From the human T2T-CHM13v2.0 reference genome, Homo sapiens: a stretch of DNA of 64,000 nt. The stretch is from the NCBI RefSeq assembly GCF_009914755.1, contig NC_060934.1, one strand, 5' to 3'. The notes under the pieces are model-generated. The model was not told the DNA's origin and searched no databases. It was given only the letters and a program-made list of their open reading frames with translations. Shown here one piece after another: positions 28,010-39,900 of this stretch. Made by a program: the position numbers and the translations under genes. Every line of letters begins with the position of its first letter. Positions within the stretch are counted from its first letter, which is position 1.

Positions 28010-28768
28010 GGCTCCTGATAGATTTTCAGATGTTGGATGGGCACCCATACAGGCACCTGATTATCACCTGGAGAGACACAAACAAATCCTCTTCCTCATA
28101 AAATTATCTTTCCTTTTTCCCAGCTCTTCGTATATGCATAACTCCACCATATATCTTGTCCAGCCTTTTTATTTTCCTTTCATTCTGTCAGGTGTTGTTC
28201 AGCTGCAGTCATGGGTTGACCTTTTTGAAAATAAGAAAAAAATAATGTTAATAAAGCTAAATGCAATTGTATATGTGGTGTCTTATATTCCTGGTCCCCT
28301 CACTTTTGCTGTTGTATTTGAGTTTTTAAAGTAGTATTACTCTTTCCACTATTGCTTGTCCTTGTAAGTTATATAGAATACCTATAATATGGGTAATATT
28401 CCACTGTTGAAAAAATGTAGCCATGGTTTACTACAGTATCCTGGGCCATTATCGGTTTTGATTTTTTTCTGGGATTCCTATAACTGAAAAGCAAGATAAA
28501 AGGTGTCTTTTAACATGAGCTGTGGCTTTCCCTGTTTGACATGTGGCCCAAATAAAATGTGAATAGGTATCTACTGAAACGTGAACAAAGGACAATTTTC
28601 CAAAAGCAAGAATATGTGTACCATCCATCTGCCACATGGAATTTGGAGATAAACCTCTAGGGTTAACTCCTGTTCACTGATGTGGCAGATGCAGGACTTG
28701 GCAGGCAGAAAAGTGTTGCACAATTTCTTTAGCTAGTTTTCATGATAGATCATGTATTTTTCGAAGAC
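28010..28768 (-). pseudogene. pol: Retroviral integrase remnant (pol 3' end), disrupted
   Basis: Minus-strand translation gives AKEIVQHFSACQ...[19 protein letters not shown]...[18 protein letters not shown]...[14 protein letters not shown], then TDNGPGYCS-like sequence and C-terminal [14 protein letters not shown]. These are HERV-K integrase motifs, with stops and frameshifts. Confidence 0.92.
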
Positions 28769-28789
28769 ATATATATGCAAAACAAACAT

Positions 28790-29571
28790 ATTGCTGTGGA
28801 AGACCTACAAATCCATCAGAAAAAAACAATAATGGCCCCTTCAACAGGGGCTTTTTGAGTAATAGAAGGCAATATCCAGGATGTTTATTTTAGAAACTGG
28901 AAGATTTTACACTTAGGATAATGACTATGAAAAATGCCAACAAAACCAGCCAAATTAAGCAGACTTTCTTGGGAATTAATATAGGCTTGTTGAATTTTTT
29001 GTTTTGTTAATGGAACTATAATCTGATTTGGATCATATCTCATTAATTTTGTTAACTAATGGAGCAGTAAGTTTTTCAGCTAATTTATTTTCTCACCCAT
29101 TAAGGGGAAAGAGAGCAAGTGGCCATTCAATTAATTCACTGGATGTAGCTGACAGGCTAGTAAAATAAGCTTTTTTTTTAGTTTGCCTTTCTTTTCTTTA
29201 ATCTCCTCCAGTATCTGTTCCTCATGCTCAGAGCCTGAAGTCAGTTTTTTACACTCATCCTCCTCTTGCTCATTGGAATCTACCTCATCATCTGTTTGAA
29301 ATGGCTCAAGAGCTGTTTTTATTAGTGCCCACATTGACCAAATGGAAACTGGAATTTCTGCTCCATCTTTATACGCTTCTTTAAAATATCTTACAATTCT
29401 CTCCCATTCATCCAACTCCATTTTCTCTTGTTCAGGAAACCATTGGCAAAACTGCTTTACTGTACTAAAGAGTGATAAAAAGTTCTGATTACTAACTTTC
29501 TCTCCTCCTCTTCGTAATAAATGTCTTAAGATATTTAAATAAGCAGAATGTCTGCTTTCACCTTCTCCCAT
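28790..29571 (-). pseudogene. gag: gag N-terminal remnant (matrix and downstream acidic region)
   Basis: ORF 29131-29571 (MGEGESRHSAYLNILRHLLRRGG...QFCQWFPEQ...LDEWERI...WSMWALIKTALEPFQTD) is a betaretroviral matrix domain. It is frameshifted afterwards; the lower boundary is approximate. Confidence 0.9.
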
Positions 29572-29719
29572 TTATACCCAAATTCTTCCAAGTGCTCAGC
29601 TTACCACGGGGCTTCTGTTAGATGTCTTCAGGTGTCCTTTGAAGATGTGTCCTCTGCTTTCACACTCTCTAGCATTCCTTCATCGGGGTCTTTGTCACCC
29701 CACTTTTCTTAGGCAGGGA

Positions 29720-30066
29720 TGCTGGGATGATCAGACCCAAAACCAGGCCATGGGGGTGGCGACGTCTGGCAGAGTCAAATAAATGAGAGAAAGACAGCTT
29801 GAGACACAAAGTGTGACAAGGGGGCTATTGTGAGTGCAAAGGCTGCAAAGGCCCCGAGCTCTGGGAGTCCAAACTATTGACTGGTGCACAAACAAACCAA
29901 CAGGTTGTGAAGAAGTGGGGGTTGAAATGAAACAGCATATCATCTGAATGAGTAACATATTTCTGCTTGAGATAATGGGAGTGCAAAAGGCAAGGAGCAA
30001 GCAAGCCTAGAAGACATGCAAGGCCTGCCTCAGCTTCTCTCCCAACACTCAGCTTTTCTCCCAACA
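29720..30066 (-). repeat. 5' LTR (LTR14A-like, 347 bp)
   Basis: The minus strand starts tgttgggagaaaagctgagtgttgggagagaagctgaggcagg and ends gggtctgatcatcccagca. It is followed by a degenerate PBS region and a leader running to the gag ATG at 29571. Confidence 0.88.
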
Positions 30067-30651
30067 TTGTGTTGTGTCGATTCCTCTCACAGAGGTAACC
30101 TATTCTTTTGATCCAGCATGTTGGAAACACTATTTTTGGAGAAACATTGAAGGAACATTTGAGAGCCCATCAAGGCCTATGGGTAAAAACAGGATATCCA
30201 CAGATAAAAACTAGAAGGAAGCTATCTGTGAAACTACTATGTAATACGTGGATTCATCTCACAGAGTCAAATCTTTCTTTTGATTCAGCATATTGAAACC
30301 ACTCTTTTTAGAGAATATGCAAATAAATACTAGGGAGATGTTTAACGCCTATGGCAAAAAACAAAATATCCTCACATAAAAACTAGGAAGAGCCATCTGT
30401 GAAACAGCTTTGTGATATATGGATTCATCTTACAGGATTAAAGCTTTTTTTTTTTTTTTTAATTCAGCAGGTTGCAAACACTCTTTTTGTAGAATTTGTG
30501 AAGGGACATTTTGGAGCCCATTGACGCCATTGGGAAAAAACAAATATACCCAGACAAAAACTAGAAAGAAACTATCTGTGAAACTTCTTTGTGATGTGTG
30601 GATTCATCTCAAAGAGGTAAATTTTTTGGATTCAGCAGTTTGGAAACACTC
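30067..30651 (+). repeat. Monomeric alpha satellite
   Basis: The monomer resumes in register after the proviral TSD. Confidence 0.95.
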
Positions 30652-30952
30652 TTTTTTTTTTTTTTTTTTTTGAGACAGAGTCTTGCTCTTTCTCCCAAGC
30701 CGGAGTTCAGTGGTGCTATCTTGGCTCACTGCAAGCTCCTCCTCCTGGGTTCACGCCATTCTCTGGCCTCAGCCTCCTGAGTAGCTGGGACTACAGTCAC
30801 CCACCACTGCACCTGGCTATTTTTTTGTATTTTTAGTAGAGACGTGGTTTCACCATGTTAGCCAGGATGACCTCGATCTCCTGACCTCATGATCCACCCA
30901 CCTTGGCCTCCTAAAGTGCTAGGATTACAGGCATGAGCCACCTCACCTGGCC
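30652..30952 (-). mobile_element. Full-length Alu, AluY-type, heavily CpG-decayed
   Basis: Poly-T tail, dimeric body with middle ttttgtatttttagtagagac, and AluY-type segments (gcaagctcc, ttcacgccattct, ttagccaggatg, 2-bp-deleted gacctc.tgatcc). TSD tggaaacactcttttt (30641-30656) / tgtaaacactcttttt (30953-30968). Confidence 0.95.
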
Positions 30953-33900
30953 TGTAAACACTCTTTTTGGAGAATCTGCAAAGAGAAATTTAAGAGCCTA
31001 TTAAGAACTATAAGGATAAACTGAATATTCCCAGATAAAAACTTGAAAAAAACTATCTGTGAAACTGCTTGGTGATGTGTGGATGTATCTTACAGAGTTA
31101 AACCTTATTTTTGATTAAGCACTTTGGAAACACTCTTTTTTGGAGAATCTGCAGAGGGACATTAGGGAGCCCATTGAGGCACATGAGGATAAACTGAATA
31201 AACCCGGATAAAAACTACAAGGAAGCTATTGGTGAAAATGCTTTGTGATGTGTGAATTTATCCCACTGAGTTAAACCTTTCCTTATATTCATCAATTTGG
31301 AAACGATCTTTCTGGAGAATCTGAGAAGTGACATTTTGGTAGTCATAGAAGCCTCTGGGGAAAAACCTAATATTCCCAGTTAAAAACTAGAAAGATGCTA
31401 TCTGTGAAACTGCTTTGTGTTGTGGAGATTCATCCTACAGGGTTAAAGCTTTCTTCTGATCCGACAGTAGGAAACACCCTTTTTGGAGAATCTGCAAAGG
31501 AACACTTAGGAGCCCATTGGGAAAAACTGAAGAACCCAAGATAAAACTTAGAGAGAATCTATCTGTGAAATCACTTTGGGATGTGTGGATTCATCTCACA
31601 GAAATAAGACTTTCTTTTGATTCAGCAGGTTGGAAACGCTCATTTTAGAGAATCTGCTAAGGGAAATTTTGGAGCCCATTGTGGCCAACGGATAAAAACT
31701 GAATATTTCCAGGTAAAAACTATAGAGAAGCTATCTGTGAAACTGCTTTGTGTTGTGTCAATTCATCTCACAGAGTTAAACGTTTCTTATGATTCAGCAG
31801 GTTGGAAAAACTTTTTTAGCAGAATCTGTGAAGGGACATTTGGGAGTAGTTTGAGACCTATGGTGAAAAATGGAATATCCCCAGATAATCACTAGAAAGG
31901 AGCTATCTGTGAAACTGCTTTGTGATGTGTGGATTTATCACAGAGAGTTAAACGTTTTTCTGATTCAGCAGGTTGGAAACACTCTTTTGTAGAATATGCA
32001 AACGAACTTTTGTGAAACCATTGATTGCTATGGGGAAAAACGGGATATACCCAAATAATAACCAAAAAGAAGCTATCAGAGAAACTGCTTTGTGATGTGT
32101 GCTTTCCTCTCCTGGAGATAAATTCTTTCCTGTTGATGCAGCAAGTTGGAAATACTATTTTTGAAGAATCTGCGAGGAGATATATGAGAGCCCATTGAAG
32201 CCAATGGGGAAACACATAATATCCCCAGATAAAAATTCAAAAGAAGCTATCTGTGACACTGCTTCAGGATGTGTGGATTCTTCTCACAGGATTAATTCTT
32301 CCTTTTCATTCACCAGGTTGGAAGCACTCCTTTTCCAGAATCTGTGAAAAAAAACTTAGGAGCCCATTGAGGGCTAAGGGGAAAAACTAAATATCCCCAG
32401 ATAAAATTTTGAAACTGCTTTGTGATGTGTGGATTCATCTCACAGAGTTAAACCATTGTTATAATTCAACAGGTTGTAAACGCTCTTTTTGGAGAATTTG
32501 CAAGTGAACATTTTGCAACCTATTGTGGCCTATAAGGAAAAACTTATTATCCCCAGATAAAAACTAGAAAGAAGCTATCTGTGAAACTGCTTTGTGATGT
32601 GTGGATTTTTCTGACACAGTTAAAACTTTTTTTTCATCTAGCAGGCTTGAAACAGTATTTTTGTAGAATCTGTGAAGGAAAATTTTTTGGCTCATTGAGC
32701 CCTAAGGGAAAAACCAATATACACAGACAAAAACTATAATGAAGTTTTCTGTGAAACTACCTTGGGATTTGTGGATTCATCTCACAGAGTTAAAACTTTC
32801 TTTTCATTCAGCAGCTTGGAAACACTTGTTTTACAGAATCTGTGAAGGGACATTTGGAAGCCCATTGAGACCTAGGAAAAGAACAAATATCTTCAAGGAA
32901 AAACTAGTAAGAAGCTATCTATGAAACTTCTTTGTGATGTGTGAATTCCTCTCTGAGAGTTAAAGTTTTATTTTTAATCACTAGGTTGGAAACACTCTTT
33001 TTGGAGAATATGTGAAGGGACATTAGGGGGTCATTGAGGCCTAAGGGGAAAAACTGAATATCCCCAGATAAAAACTAGAATGAAATTGTCTGTGAAACTG
33101 CTTTGGGATGTGTGGAATCTTCTGACAGTGTTACACCTTTTTTGATTCAGCAGGTTGGAAACACTCTTTTTGGAGTCTCTGCTAAGTGATAAAAACTAGA
33201 AAGAAGCTATCTGTGAAACTGATTTTTGACATGTTGATTCATCTCACAGAGTTAAAACTTTATCTTGATTAAGCAGAAGATAAATACTTTTTTTGGAATA
33301 TCTGTGAGGGGACATTTGGGAACCCAATGAGACCTATATGGAAAAACAAAATACACCAGATAAAACTAAAATGAAGCTATTTGTAAAATTGCCTGTGATG
33401 TGTGGATTTCACCTCACAGAGTTGAACCTTTCTTTTGATTCAGCAGGTTGGAAACACTGTTTTTGGAGAATCTTTGAATAAATATTTGGGAGTCCATGGG
33501 TGTGTAAAAGGCAAAACCAATATCCAAAGATAAAAAGTAGAAAGAAGCTATCTGTGAAACTCCTTTGTGATGTGTGGATTCATCTCACAGAGTTAAACCT
33601 TTGTTTTGATTCAGCGGGTTGGAAACACACTTTTGGAGAATCTGCAAAGGGACACTTGGGAGCTCATTGAGGTCCATGGGGAAAAACAGGATATCCCCAG
33701 ATAGAAACTAGAAAGAAGCTATCTGTGAAACTCTTTTTTGATGTGTCGATTTATCTCAGAGTGTTAACACATTTTTGTGATTCAGCAGGTTGGAAACATC
33801 AGTTCTGTAAAACGGTGAAGGGAAATTTTGGACTCCATCGAGGTTTATGTTTAAAATTGAATATCCCCAGATAAAATCTAGAATGAAGTTATCAGTGAAA

Positions 33901-36900
33901 CTGCTTTGTGATGTGTGGATTCATCTCACAGAGTTAAAACTTTATTTGATTCAGCAGGTTGGAAACACACTTTTTGATGAATCTGCAAAGGTACATTTTA
34001 GAGCAGATTGAGGCCTATGCAGTACAACTGAATATCCCCAGGTAAAAACTGTAAAGAATGTATCTGTGAAATTGCTTTGTGATGTGTGGAATTATCCCAC
34101 AGAGTTAAAACATTTTTTGAGTCAGTACGTTGGAAACACTCTTTTTGTAGTATTGTGAAGGGACCTTTGTGAGCCCATTGAGGCCTATGGGGAAAAACAG
34201 AATATCCCAGATAAAAACTAGAAAGAAGTTATCTGTAGAACTGTTTTTGATGTGTGCATTCATCTCACGGAGTTAAACCTTTCTTTTGACTCAGGAGGTT
34301 GGAAACACTTTTTTTTGGAGAATCTGGGACTAGACATTTTGGAGTCCATATTGGTATACTTGAAAAAAAATGAATATCCTCACACAAATCTAGACAGAGA
34401 CTCTCAGTGCAATTTCTTTGTGATGTTTTAAGAAAAAAAAAACAAAAACAAAAATAAAGCTACCTGTTAAACTGTTTTGTTTTACTTGGATTAATCTCAA
34501 AGAGTTAAACCTTTCTTTTGATTCAGTGGGTTGGAAACATCTTATTAGAGAATCTGTGAAGGTACATTTGGGAGCATATTAAGTCCTGCAGGTTGGAAAC
34601 CCTCTTTTTGGAGAATCTGTGGAAGGACACATGGGAGCCCATTGAGACCTATGGGAGAAAAAAAATCTCCTGATAAAAACTAGAAAGAAGTTATCTGTGA
34701 AGGAGCTTTGTGATGTTTGGATTCATCTCATAGAGTTAAACCTTTCTTTAGATTCAGGACATTGGAAACACTCTTTCTGGAGAATCTGCAAAGGAACATT
34801 TGTGATCCCAGTGGGGCCTGTGGGGAAAAACTGAATATCCCCAGATAAAAACTGGAAAGAAGCCCTGTGTGAAACTGCTTTCTGATGTATGGATTCCTCT
34901 CACAGAGTTAAACCTTTCTTTTGATTCATCACGTGGCAAAAACTATTCTTGTAAAATGTGTGAATGAAAGTTTTGAAGCTTTTTGAGGCCTACAGGGAAA
35001 AACAGAATATTTGCAGATAAAAGCCAGAAATAACCTATTGGTGAAATTCTTTCATGAAGTTTGGATTCCTCACACAGAGCTAAATTTTTCTTTTTATTCA
35101 TCAGCTTGGAAATTCTCTTTTTTGAGAATCAGCAGGGAGATATTTGGGAGCCCATTGAGGACTATGGGGAAAAACTGAATATCCCAAGATAAAAACTAGA
35201 AAAGAGCTATCTGTGCATCTGTTTTGTGATGTGTAGATTCTTCTCACAGGGTTAAACCTTACTTTTGAATCAGCAGGTTGGAAACCCTCTCTTTTTGTAG
35301 AATCTGCCATGGGGCAGTTTGGAACCTTTTGAATCTGATGAGGAAATATCGAATATCCCTAGATACAAACTAAAAAGAAGCTAACTGTAAAACTGCTTTG
35401 AAATGTGTGGATTAACCTCAAAGAGTAAGAACTTTCTTTTGTTTCAGCAGGTTGGAAACACTCTTTTTGGAGAATCTGCGAAGGTACATTTTAAAGCCTT
35501 TAGAGGCCTAGACAAAAACAGAATATCCCCAGATGAAAACGAGAAAGAAGCTCTTTGTGGAACTGCTTTGGGATGTGTGGATTCAACTCACAGAGTTAAA
35601 CATTTCTTTTGATTCAGAAGGTCAAAAAACTGTTTTTGGATAATCTGCAAAGGGACATTTGGAAGCCTAATGAGTCCTACAGTGCAAAACGGAATATCCC
35701 AAGATAAAACTAGAAAGAGGCTATCCATGAAATTGGTTTTTGATGTGTGGATTCACCTCACAGTGTTCAACTATTCTTTGGTTTACCAGGCTGGAAACAG
35801 TCTTTCTGGAGAATCTGCAAAGGGACAAATGGGAGCCAATTGAAGCCAACGGGGAAAAACCAAATATCCACACATTAAAACTAGAAAGAAGCTATCCATG
35901 AAACTGCTTTATGATGTGTGGATTCCTCTCACAAAGTAAACCATTCTCTTGATTCTGTAGCTTGGACACACTATTTTTGTAAAATCTGTGAAGGGAAATT
36001 TGGAAGCCAATTGAGGCCTATGGGTAAAAGTGAATATCCCCAGATAAAAACAAAGAAAATGTTATTTTTGAAACTGTTTTGTGATGTTTGGATTCATTGC
36101 AAAGTGGTAAATCTTTCTTTTCATTCACTACATTGGAAACTCTCTTTTTGGTGGTTCTGCGAGTGGACACTTGTGAGTCCATTGTGCCTTGTGGGGAAAA
36201 TTTGAACATCCCAGATAAAAACTACTAAGAAGCTATCCATGAAACTTCTTTGTGATGTGTGGATTAATATCACAGAATTAAAACTTTCTTTTTATTCAAC
36301 AGGTTGGACACACTGTTTTTGGAGAATTTGCAAAGGGACATTTGGGATCCTATTGAGGCCTATGAAGAAAAATGGAATATCCCCAGATAAGAACTAGGAA
36401 GAAGGTATCTGAGAAACTGCTTTGAGATGTGTGGATTCATCTCACAGGGTTAAATATTTCTTTTAATTCAGCAGAATCTCATTTTGCAGATTCTATGATG
36501 TGACATTTGAGAGCCCTTTGAGGCCTATGGAAAAAACAAAATACACCACATAAAAACAAGAAAGAAGCTATTTGTGTAACTGCTTTGTGATGTGTGTTGG
36601 TCTCACAGGGTTAAATCTTTCTTTTGATTCAGCAGGTGTGATGTGTGCATTTATCATACAGAGATAAAACTTTCTTTTGATTCAGCCAGTTGGGATCACT
36701 CTTTTTGGAGAATCTGTGAAGGGACATTTGGGAGCCCATTGATGCCTATGGGGAAAAGCTGAGAATCCCCAGATAAAAACTAGAAAGAAGCTATCTGTGA
36801 AACTGTTTTGTGATGTGTGGATTCATCATGCAGAGATAAACCTTTCTTTTGATTCATCTGGTTGGCATCACTCTTTTTGGAGAAATCTGGGGGACATTTG

Positions 36901-39900
36901 GGAGCCCATTTTGGCCTGTGGGGAAAAAACAAATATTACCAGATAAAAATTAGAAAGAAGCAATCTGTGCAACTGCTTTTGATGCATGGATTTATTCTTT
37001 CAGCAGGTTAGAATCACTGTCTTGGTGAATCAGCAAAGGGACATTTGACAGCCCTGTTTAACCTATGGGGAAAAGGTGAGTATCCCCAGATAAAAAGTAG
37101 AAAGAAGCTCTCTGTTAAACTGCTTTGTGATCTGTGGATTCTGTTCACAGATTTAAACCTTTGTTTTCATTCATCAGGTTGTAAACACTCTTTTTGGAGA
37201 ATCTGCATAGAGACATTGGGAGCCCATTGGGTCCTATGGGGAAAAACTGAATATCCCCAGATAAAAACTAGAAAGAAGTTATCTGTGAAACTGCTTAGTG
37301 AAGTGTGGATTCATCTCACAAAGTTAAACCTTTTTTTTTCTTTCAAAAGGTTATAAACACTTTTTTGAATTATGTGCAAAAAATTATGTGAGACAATTGA
37401 GGCATAAGGGGAAAAGATGAAAATTCCCAGATAAAAATTAGAAGGAGGCTTTTTGTAAAAGATTTGTGAAGTGCAGATTAATATCACAGATTTAAACCAT
37501 TCTTTTGAAAGAGCTGGTTGGAAAAACTCTTTTTAAAGATTCTGTGAATGGACATTTAGAACCCCATTGAGTCCTATGGAGATAATCCAAATATCCCCAG
37601 ATGAAAACTGGAAAGAAGCTATGTGTGAAACTGCTTTGTGATGTATGGATTCATCTTACAGATTTAAAACTTTTCTTTGATTCCACAGATTACAAACACT
37701 CTTTTTGTAGTGTCTGAAAAGGGACATTTTGGAGACTATAGAGGCATAGGGGAAAAAAAATCCCAAGATAAGAACTAGAAATAATTTATCTGTGAATCTA
37801 CTTTTAGAAGTGTGCATTCATCTCACACAGTTAAACATTTCTTTTGATTCAGCAGGTTGGAAAAACTCTTTTTGCAGGATCTGCAAAAGGGCATTTGGGA
37901 TCCCATTGAGGCCTATCAGGAAAAAACAGAATATCCCCAGATAAAGACTAAAAGGAAACTGTCTGTGAAACTGCTTTGTGATGTGTGAATTCATCTCACA
38001 GAGTTACACCATTCTTTTTATTCAGCAGGTTGGAAACACTGTTTTTGGAGCTTCTGCGAAGGGACATTTTGTAGCCCATTGAAGCTTATGGGAAAAATCT
38101 GAACATCCACAGATAAAAACTAGAAAGTATTAATCATTAAAGCTGCTATGAGATGTGTGGATTCATCTCACAGAGTTAAAGATTGCTTTTGGTCAAGCAG
38201 GTTGGAAACACTCTTTTTGAAGAATCTGTGATGGGACATTTGGGAGCCTGTTGAAGCCTATGAAGAATAACTGAATATGCCCAGATAAGAACTAGAAAGA
38301 AGCTCTCTTACAAACTGCTTTGGGATGTGTGGATTCATCTCAAAGAGTTAAATCCTTCTTTTAATTCAGCAGATTATACATACTCTTTTTATAGAATTTG
38401 TGAAGGCATATTTCAGACCTCATTGAGGCCTAAGGGAAAAAAAGAAGTATACCCACATTAAAATTCTACTTTGTGATTCATGTATTCATCTCACAGAGTT
38501 GAACCCTACTTTTGATTCAGCAAGCTGGCAACACTGTGGAGAACATGCAAAGGGACATTTGGGAGCCACAATAGGCTTACAGGGAAAAATTCAAATATCT
38601 TCAGATATAAACTGGAAAGAATCTATCTGTGAAATGGCTTTGTGGTGTGTGGATTAAACTCACAGTTTTAAACCTTTCTTTTGGTTTAGCGTGTTGAAAA
38701 CACTCTTTTTGTAGAATCTGTGAAGAGACATTTGGGAAACCATTGTGGCCAATGGGGGAAAAAAGGAATAGCCTAAATAAAAACTAGAAAGAATTTACCT
38801 TAAAACTACTTTGTAATGTGTAGATTCGTCTCACAGATTCAAACATTTCTTTTGATTCAGCTGGTTGGAAACATTGTTTTTGGAGAATCTGTGAAGGGAC
38901 ATTTTGGTGCCCATTAACACCTATGGGGAAAAACTGAATATACCCTAACAAAAACTAAAAAGAATTTCCCTATGAAACTGCTTAGCGTTGTGTGGACTCA
39001 TCTCACAGACTGAATCCTTTCTTTTGATTCAGCCAGTTGAAAACACTCTTATTGTACACTCTGCGAAGAGACATTGAAGTGTAGCCCCCAAAAACTGAAT
39101 ATTCCCAGATAAAAACTAGAAAGAAGCTGTCTGTGAAACTGCTTTGTGATATTTGGATTCAGCTACAGAAATAAACATTTATTTTGATTCAACAGGTTGG
39201 AAATAGTCTTTTGGAGAATTTTCCAAGAAACATTTGGGAGCCCATTGATGTTTGTGGAAAAACCGAATATCCCCTGATAAAAACTAGAAAGAAGGTATCT
39301 ATGAAAATGCTTTGTGATTTGTGGATTCATCTTATAAATTTAAACCTTTCCTTTGATTCAACAGATTGGAAACACACTTTTATAGAATCTGCAAAGGGAA
39401 ATGTGGTAGGCATTTGAGACCTATTTGAAAAAATTGAATATCCCCAGATAAATATTGGAATGAAGCTGTCTGTGAAACTGCCTTGTGATGTGTGGATTCA
39501 TCGCACACAATTAAAACTTTCTTTTATTTAGAGGATGGAAACACTCTTTTTCTAGCATCTGTGAAATGACATTTGGGAGCACATTGAGGCTTATGGGAGA
39601 AAACAGAATCTTCCCAATAAAAATTAGAAAGGAGATATTTGTGGAATGGCTTTGTGATTTGTGACATTTGGGACATTTGGGGACCCAGTGAGGCATATGA
39701 GGAAAAACTGCTTATCCCCAGATATAAACCAAAAAGAAGCTGCCTGTGAAAGTGTCTTGTTATGCGTGGATTCATATCACAGAGTTAAACCTTTCTTTTG
39801 ATTCAGCAGGATGGAAACACTCTTTTTAGAGAATCCACCAAGGGACATTGCAACAATCATTGAAACCTATGGGGAAAAAAGTGAATATCCCCAGATAAAA

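Larger units (their letters stand above)
27096..30066 (-). mobile_element. Internally deleted class II endogenous retrovirus, HERV-K14 (HML-1)-like
   Basis: TG...CA termini, two related LTRs, TTGTG flanking both sides (27091-27095 and 30067-30071), gag MA and integrase remnants, and a PPT. The family call rests on recalled similarity to the HERVK14 leader/gag and LTR14A. Confidence 0.88.

Noticed and set aside
27573-28334. Plus-strand ORFs of 103 and 146 aa
   Set aside because: They are antisense to the decayed proviral integrase and 3' region, with no recognisable protein motifs.
29698-29719. Assigning the PBS to a specific tRNA
   Set aside because: The sequence (tccctgcctaagaaaagtgggg on the minus strand) is too degenerate to call, although its position fits a PBS.
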